64,000 bases of DNA from the human T2T-CHM13v2.0 reference genome, Homo sapiens, in the NCBI RefSeq assembly GCF_009914755.1, contig NC_060936.1; one strand, 5' to 3'. Below the pieces are notes generated by a model. That model did no database searches and was not told the DNA's origin. It saw only the letters and a list, made by a program, of their open reading frames with translations. How positions within the stretch are numbered: the stretch's first letter is position 1; each line of letters begins with the position of its first letter. Position numbers and translations under genes: made by a program. Of this stretch, positions 57,670 through 64,000 are shown one piece after another.

Positions 57670-58973
57670 GATTCCTCCTGCCGATTGCAGCTCCTTGAAC
57701 CGTTCTCTGCCTCACCCTAACTTCCTGCAGCTTTCGCCAGTCATTGGCCACTTAGTCCTTTGGGGGCTGGGCAGCGGCTCCGTGCACTTTGGAGTCGGGG
57801 GCGCCTTCCTAGAGCCCAGCATCCACTGGGGCTCCGAAGCCGTAGCCTGTCTGTGTCCTCCACCCACTTTGTGCCCTCATCCTCCTCTGGGGCTATGGCA
57901 GCGGCGATGCCAGCGTCCTCTGCAGGTCCGACAGGCTGCTGACGGGCACCAAGATCACCACGCAGAACATCCACGACCACTTGGTTCCTACCTGGACAAG
58001 GTGCGGGCTCTGGAGGAGGCCGGGTGAGCTGAAGGTGAAGATCTGCGACTGGGCCCCGGGGCCCCGGCAATTACAGCCACTACTTCAAGACCATTGAAGA
58101 CCTGCGGGACAAGATTCTTGGTGTCACCATTGAGAACTCCCGGATTGTCTTGCAGATTGACACCCGCCGCCTGGCTGCAGATCACTTCCGAACCAAGTCT
58201 GAGATGGAGCAGTCTCTGCGAAGGAGCTTGGAGGCAGACATCAAGGCCTGCGCAGGGCGCCCGATGAGCTGACCCCGGCCAGGGCTGACCTGAAGACGCA
58301 CATCCAAGGCCTGCAGGAGGAGCTGGATCACCTGGAGAAGAACCACAACGAGGAAATCAGTGCTGCGGGTGGCCAGGTCAGTGTGGAGGTGGATTCTGCT
58401 CCAGGCATTGGTCTTGCCAAGATCCCGGGCAACACGTGAAGCCAGTATGCGGTCATAACTGAGCAGATGCCCAAGATGCTGAAGCCTGGTCACCAGCCAG
58501 ACTGAGGATCTGAGCTGGGAGGTCGCTGGCCACACGGAGCAGCTCCAGATGCACAAGTCCGAGTCGCGGACCGGTGGCGTACCCTCCGGGGTCTTGAGAT
58601 TGAGCTGCAGTCGCAGCTCAGCATGAAAACCGCATTGGAAGACCGTACTGCAGGAACGGAGGCCTGCGTTGAGGCCCAGCTGGTGCGGATCCAGGCTCTG
58701 AGCAGCGGTGCCGAAGTCCAGCTGGGCAATGTGTGTGCTGACTGCCAGAGGAGGCCTGAGCAGGAGATCACTGCCGACCGCATCCTGCTCGAGCGCCAGA
58801 AAGATCCTTACAGCAACCTGCCCACCTGCAAGGTCCGCTGAGTGGCAGGCTCCTGGGCTTCTGCTCTCCTTCAGAGGGAGGATCCTGGGTAGGGGATGGG
58901 AAGGGAGGGACCCTTACTCCTGGCTCTTCCCCTTACCTGCTAATAAAATTTTATGGCCCAAGGGGGTGGGGGG
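57670..58973 (+). pseudogene. Processed pseudogene of type I keratin KRT19 (full length, frameshifted, start codon lost)
   Basis: Intronless. KRT19-like head and rod motifs ([50 protein letters not shown]). Tailless C-terminus and short KRT19-like 3' UTR with AATAAA at 58942. Flanked by aa(t/g)aatgcaattaa direct repeats. Confidence 0.92.
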
Positions 58974-59772
58974 AAGAATGCAATTAACTTCCAAACCAGT
59001 TTTTCTTACACCAGTTTTCTCTGGCAGAAGCTGGAGTGGGGTGACTGGGTCTGCGGGTATTTCATACTCGCTGTTACATGTTTTTGAAATATGTGAAATC
59101 TGTTCTCTTTGCTATGTATTTAGGCTCTAACTATGATAAAACCAGACCACCAGAGTACTACACACCTGGACTATACTATCTTGACTTGTAATGGGGTTTC
59201 ATGAAGTGGCTTGCTTTTGAATGTTACCAGCTAGCCATAACCTCTTTCTTTCTCTCTTTCTCTTTTTCTCTTTCTTCATCAAAAGATAGTTTCAAGAAAT
59301 AACCATGTTTATTACTCAAAACCTACACAGGCACATCGGGCATATCCTAGGCACTTAATAACAATCGGTATTCATTAAATGAAGAACTATATTAAATTAA
59401 TTTCTTAATTTGGTGCTAAATATAAATTTTTATTGAAGGCATTCATTATCACTAGTTGATGATACATTTATTATTTCATTCAATACATATAAATTCTGTT
59501 GGTGACTACATAAGTACAAATAAATGGTCATTACTATTTGAGGAGAGAGATAGAGAAGAAAGTACCTTGTAATTTTTTAAATTTTTTCTAATCTTTCTCT
59601 GACTATAAAAAGTAATGTATACTTATTATAAAATATATAAGTATGAAGAAAATATAAAGTAATGTGTGAGCTACCCACCAAATTCATAAACTGAAAGTAT
59701 TTTCAGTATTATTGTATATAATAATATATATGAAGATGCAGGTATGGGTTTTCCTTTTTCCCATTTTACCCA

Positions 59773-60038
59773 TTTTTTTTTCCCGAGACGGAGTTTCACT
59801 CTGTCGCCCAGGCTAGAGTGCAGTGGCGCGTTCTGCTCACTGCAAACTCCGCCTCCCGGGTTCAGGAGTAGCTGGGACTACAGGCGCCCGCCACCACGCC
59901 CGGCTACTTTTTTTGTATTTTTAGTAGAGACGGGATTTCACCGTGTTAGCCAGGATGGTCTAGATCTCCTGACCTTGTGATCCACCCGCGTCGGCCTCCC
60001 AAAATGCTGGGATTACAGGCGTGAGCCACCGCGCCTGG
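59773..60038 (-). mobile_element. AluY/Sc with small internal deletion
   Basis: ttcag|gagtagctggg junction lacks about 24 nt of the right arm; accattttt flanks. Confidence 0.88.
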
Positions 60039-60041
60039 TGA

Positions 60042-61500
60042 ACCATTTTTAAATGTACAGTTTAGTAGTGTAAAGTATATACACATTGTTGTGAGACAGA
60101 TTTTCCGAGCTTTTATATCTTGCAAATCTGAAACTCTATAACTACTAAACAACCTATTAAACACTTCCCCTTTCTCCTCTTCTCTGTCCCTGGTAACCAG
60201 CGTTCTTCTTTCTGTTTTTATGAATTGGCTTGGATACTTCATATAGGTGAAATAATACAGTATTTGTCATTTTGTGACTAGCTTATTTTACTTAGCAAAA
60301 TTTCTTCAAAGTTCATCCATGTTGCAGCATGTATCAGAATTTCATTTCTTTTTAAGGCTGAATAATATTTGATTGTATGTATTCATTCTTCTATTGATGG
60401 ACATTTGGCTCGCTTTTACTTCTTGGTTATTGGGACTAGTGCTATGACTGTGGTATATAAATATCTCTTCAAGACCATGTTTTCAATTCTTTTGGATATA
60501 CACCCATAAGTAAAATTCCTGGATCATATGGTAGTTCTATTTGAATTTTTTGAGGAAACTTGACGGTGTTTTCCATAGCAGTTAAACCATTTTACAATCC
60601 CACCAACTGCGCACAAGGGTTTCAATTTGTCCCCATCCTTGCCAACACTTGTTACTTTCTGTTTTTTTTTTATAGCAGCCATCCTCACAGATGTGAAGTA
60701 GTATGTCATTGTGATTTTGATTTGCATTTCTCTGGTGATTAGTAATGTTGAGCACCTTTTCAATGTTTATTAGCCATTTGTATATATTCTTTAGAGAAAT
60801 ATCTATTCAAATATTTTGCACACTTTAAAATCTAGTTATTTGATTTTTTTTTCATTGTTTAGTTGTGGGAGTTCTTTATATATTGTGGATAATAACTTCT
60901 AAATATATTCTTTGTAAATTTTTTTTTCCCATTTTGTATGTTGCCCTTCACTCTTTTGATTGTGTCCTTTGATGCACAAATGTTTTCAAGTTTGATGTAG
61001 TCCCATTTATCTTTTTTTGCTTTTGTTACCTGTGCTTTTGGTGTCATATCTAAGAAGTCATTGACAAACCCCATGTCATGAGATTATCCTGTCTGTTTTC
61101 TTCTAGAAATTTCATAGTTTTAGGTCTTATGCTTATGTCTTTAATATATTATAAGTTAAATTTTGTAGATAGTGTAAAATAAAGGTTTAACTTTCATTTC
61201 CATTGTTCCCAACACCGTTTGTTGAGGAGACTATCATTTTCTCAATGAGTGGTCTTGGCACCCTTGTTGAAGATCATTTGACCATATACACACAGGCTTA
61301 TTTCTCGGCTCTTTATTCTATTACGATGGTTTATTTGTCTGTCTTTATGCCAGTGCCACACTGCTTTGATCATTGTGTCTTTGTATATGCTTTGAAATCA
61401 GGAAGTGTGAGTCTAATACCTTTATTCTTCTTCCAAAGTTGTTTTGGCTATTTCAGATTCCTCGAGATTCCGTATGAATTTGGGGATGGATTTTCTTTTT
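60042..61500 (-). mobile_element. L1MB 3' part (ORF2 C-terminus plus 3' UTR)
   Basis: MKRCSTLLITREMQIK and KWDYIKL ORF2 relics. Confidence 0.88.
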
Positions 61501-62062
61501 AAAAGTGAGAGTTTACTATACATTTTGGTCTTCCATTATTTAAATTAAAATATATGTTGGGGACAGCTTTCCATGTTAGTATATCTCTATTAAGAGGTAA
61601 TTTGAATAATTACATTTTATAATTTTATGTATATTATAATCAATCCCATAGTGATATTTAATCAGATTTTTGTTATTCTAGTTATCACTTCAATGAGCAT
61701 CCTTGTTTTTGAGGTATAGTCTGTAAGGTAAGTTACTAGAGGTGAAAAAGTTAGATCAAAGGGTAAACACTAGGATGTAAATTCCACAAAGGATAAGATG
61801 TTGTTCATTGCTGTATTCCCAGTGCCTAGAACAGTACCTAGCACGCACTGTGTACAGGTGTTTGATAAATATTCAGTTAATGATGAAAGGGTACATACTA
61901 TATATACGTTTATATATTTGTGTTTTATGTATGCTTATATAAATATCAATATAATTTATATACATATATAGTTTATATACATATATATACACATTTCTAA
62001 ATTTCTAAGATATAACTCTTGAGTTGAATCTCACAAAAAATGAGAAGATATTTTCCAAGCAG

Positions 62063-62510
62063 ACTGTGGCAGACACTGCTCATTGGCTAAACTACCCACA
62101 ACATCCCTCTCTCTAGGCATCTTCAAACCAGAGTGACTATGGTGCTGTTTGGGCAATGAGATATAAGTAGAAAACTGCTGGGTAGGGCTTATGGGAAACA
62201 TTTGCTTTCTTAAAAAGAAGAGTTGTAGTGGGCATACCCCTGAATGTCCTTCCTTGTTCTTACTTAATGGAAAATAGATGTGATATTTAATATTTCAATG
62301 ACCATCTTGAGACAGCAAAGTAACAAGCAGGGGGATGAAGGTCTGCATGTTAAGGAAGTCTGAAAGATAAAATGGGCCTTGGTCCTCATCAGCATTATTG
62401 GGCAATTCTATCAACCTTGGAACACCAACCTATGGACTTTCCTATTTGTTTAAGCAGCTGCTAGTTGCTTTTCTGTTATTTATTGCCAGAGGGATTCCAG
62501 CTGATACAAA
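62063..62510. mobile_element. MLT1J/K-like LTR
   Basis: tgtggcagac..caatgagatataagtagaa..tttctgttatttattgcc..ctgataca. Confidence 0.65.
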
Positions 62511-64000
62511 ATATTTTCAAGATAGGTCAGTGTGATAAACGACATGGGTTGTGAAACAACATACAGTGTTAAGTCATCTGCAAGTACAGAAAGGAGGTCA
62601 ACTTGACTGTGGCTTAGGGATTAGGCTAAAGAGAGAGAGAGTCAGAGCCCTGTGTGCCATGTGAAAGAATCTGGTTTCCATTCTGCAGGCAGTTGTGTAG
62701 ATAATGAAGTGAGTTAGGCATGAGAGAAACATGATTACTCTGGCATGAATATGACACACACATTGGAGAAGGGCAATATAGTCAGCAGGAAGACCATTCA
62801 GGGGGCTAATTCAGTGTTCAGTTGGAAGAAAATGAGGGCCCAAAGTAAGATTACAACAGTGGGAAGAGTGAGAAAAAATATGGATTTCAAATGTACGTGA
62901 TGTGACCTAATAACTACTTTAATATATATGGGCACATTGGAGAGAGAAGTTGTGTTACTGCAAATTATCACATCTGAAGCACCATTGAGGTAAAGGACAC
63001 AATTTTCTAATAAAGTATTTAAAGAAAAAATTTCCACCTGATTAATGATTAGATGTATATCCAATTATGAAACACTGCTGATCACAAAACACATCTTGAT
63101 TTCAGAGATGTGAAAAGATGTGCCTCTTTGAATGAATGAAAACTGGTATAGCTAAACTAATATTTATAGATACTGTATGCCAGGCATTGTGATAGGCACC
63201 TTGCTTATTTCACTTAGTGAACTCAAAACTTTATGAAAAAGGTGTGGGTTTTTTTTTCATTTTAGAGATAAGTAAAGGATGATTGTAGATTTCCTACTAG
63301 GGCAAGTGCTGGGTTTGTTGCTAATAACAGATAGGGAAAGTAGACATATTGAATTTGAGGTTCTTTTGAGATATCCAGTGAAGCTATTCAAGTAGGGAGC
63401 TGGGCACAGAGTTCAGAAGTTAAAGAAAAAAGTGATTAATTGGGTTCAGTCAATATTTAAAGGCTGACAATGAGCCAAGCTCTTGAATTAGGTACTGGGG
63501 ATGTGTGGCAAGTAAAGCAATCAAGTGGAGAGATGGATATTATTTAGTCAGTTCACAAGAATTTTAATGCATATTTTGTATCAGATACTGTTCTGTGGTT
63601 AACAAAAACCACATGTTCCTGCCATTGGGGATTATACATTCCTGTGGAAGAATACAGATCAAAGTATATAAACAAATAAATTAAATAAGGTAATTCCATA
63701 TGATGATAAATGCTGTGAAAGAAAAAAATGTTTCTTTTCTTCCCTGAACATCCAGGGAGATCCAACATAGATTGTGCATTCAGTCAAGACCTCTCTTATG
63801 ATATGGCATTTAAGCTGGGAATTTATCCTTGCAAAAAGGGAGAGGGCAAGTTATACAGCATTATAGGCAGAGGGAAGCATGTGCTAAACTCCCCAGACAG
63901 AAATAAAGTATTCAAGATTAGAGAGAGGGCCAATGTGCTGACACATCATCACCAAAGAGGGGAAAAGTATGAGGCAAGAGAATCACGGTGAAAATAGCAA

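Noticed and set aside
57644-59130. ORFs over the keratin-like region as a functional gene
   Set aside because: Start codon lost, multiple frameshifts and deletions, intronless with TSD: a pseudogene.

Overview
Human (primate) genomic DNA. About 46 kb carry the alpha-2-macroglobulin gene A2M on the minus strand: promoter at about 46.1-46.3 kb and coding exons 1-32 between 46036 and 673. I located the exons by hand at GT-AG boundaries. They sum to 4194 nt (1398 codons) with consistent phases and include the signal peptide, bait region (exons 17-18), CGEQ thioester (exon 24) and receptor-binding lysines (exon 32). The last exons lie off the left edge. Introns and the 18 kb upstream flank are full of Alu, L1, L2, MIR, MLT/MER52 LTR and DNA-transposon relics. 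These include a near-full-length old L1 in intron 22 and a young AluYb8 next to the exon 16 acceptor. A full-length, decayed processed pseudogene of KRT19 lies at about 57.67-58.97 kb. I found no convincing new gene system. The best leads are: (1) an in-frame cryptic acceptor that would add a hydrophobic 34-aa segment to the bait region; (2) a relic duplication of exon-17 flanking sequence in intron 15; (3) the KRT19 retrocopy, which is CpG-rich and has a G-run where its poly(A) tail should be; (4) fold-back palindromes in intron 4; (5) stacked retro-insertions at one site. Repeat family names are from recognition of consensus motifs, not from a database run.
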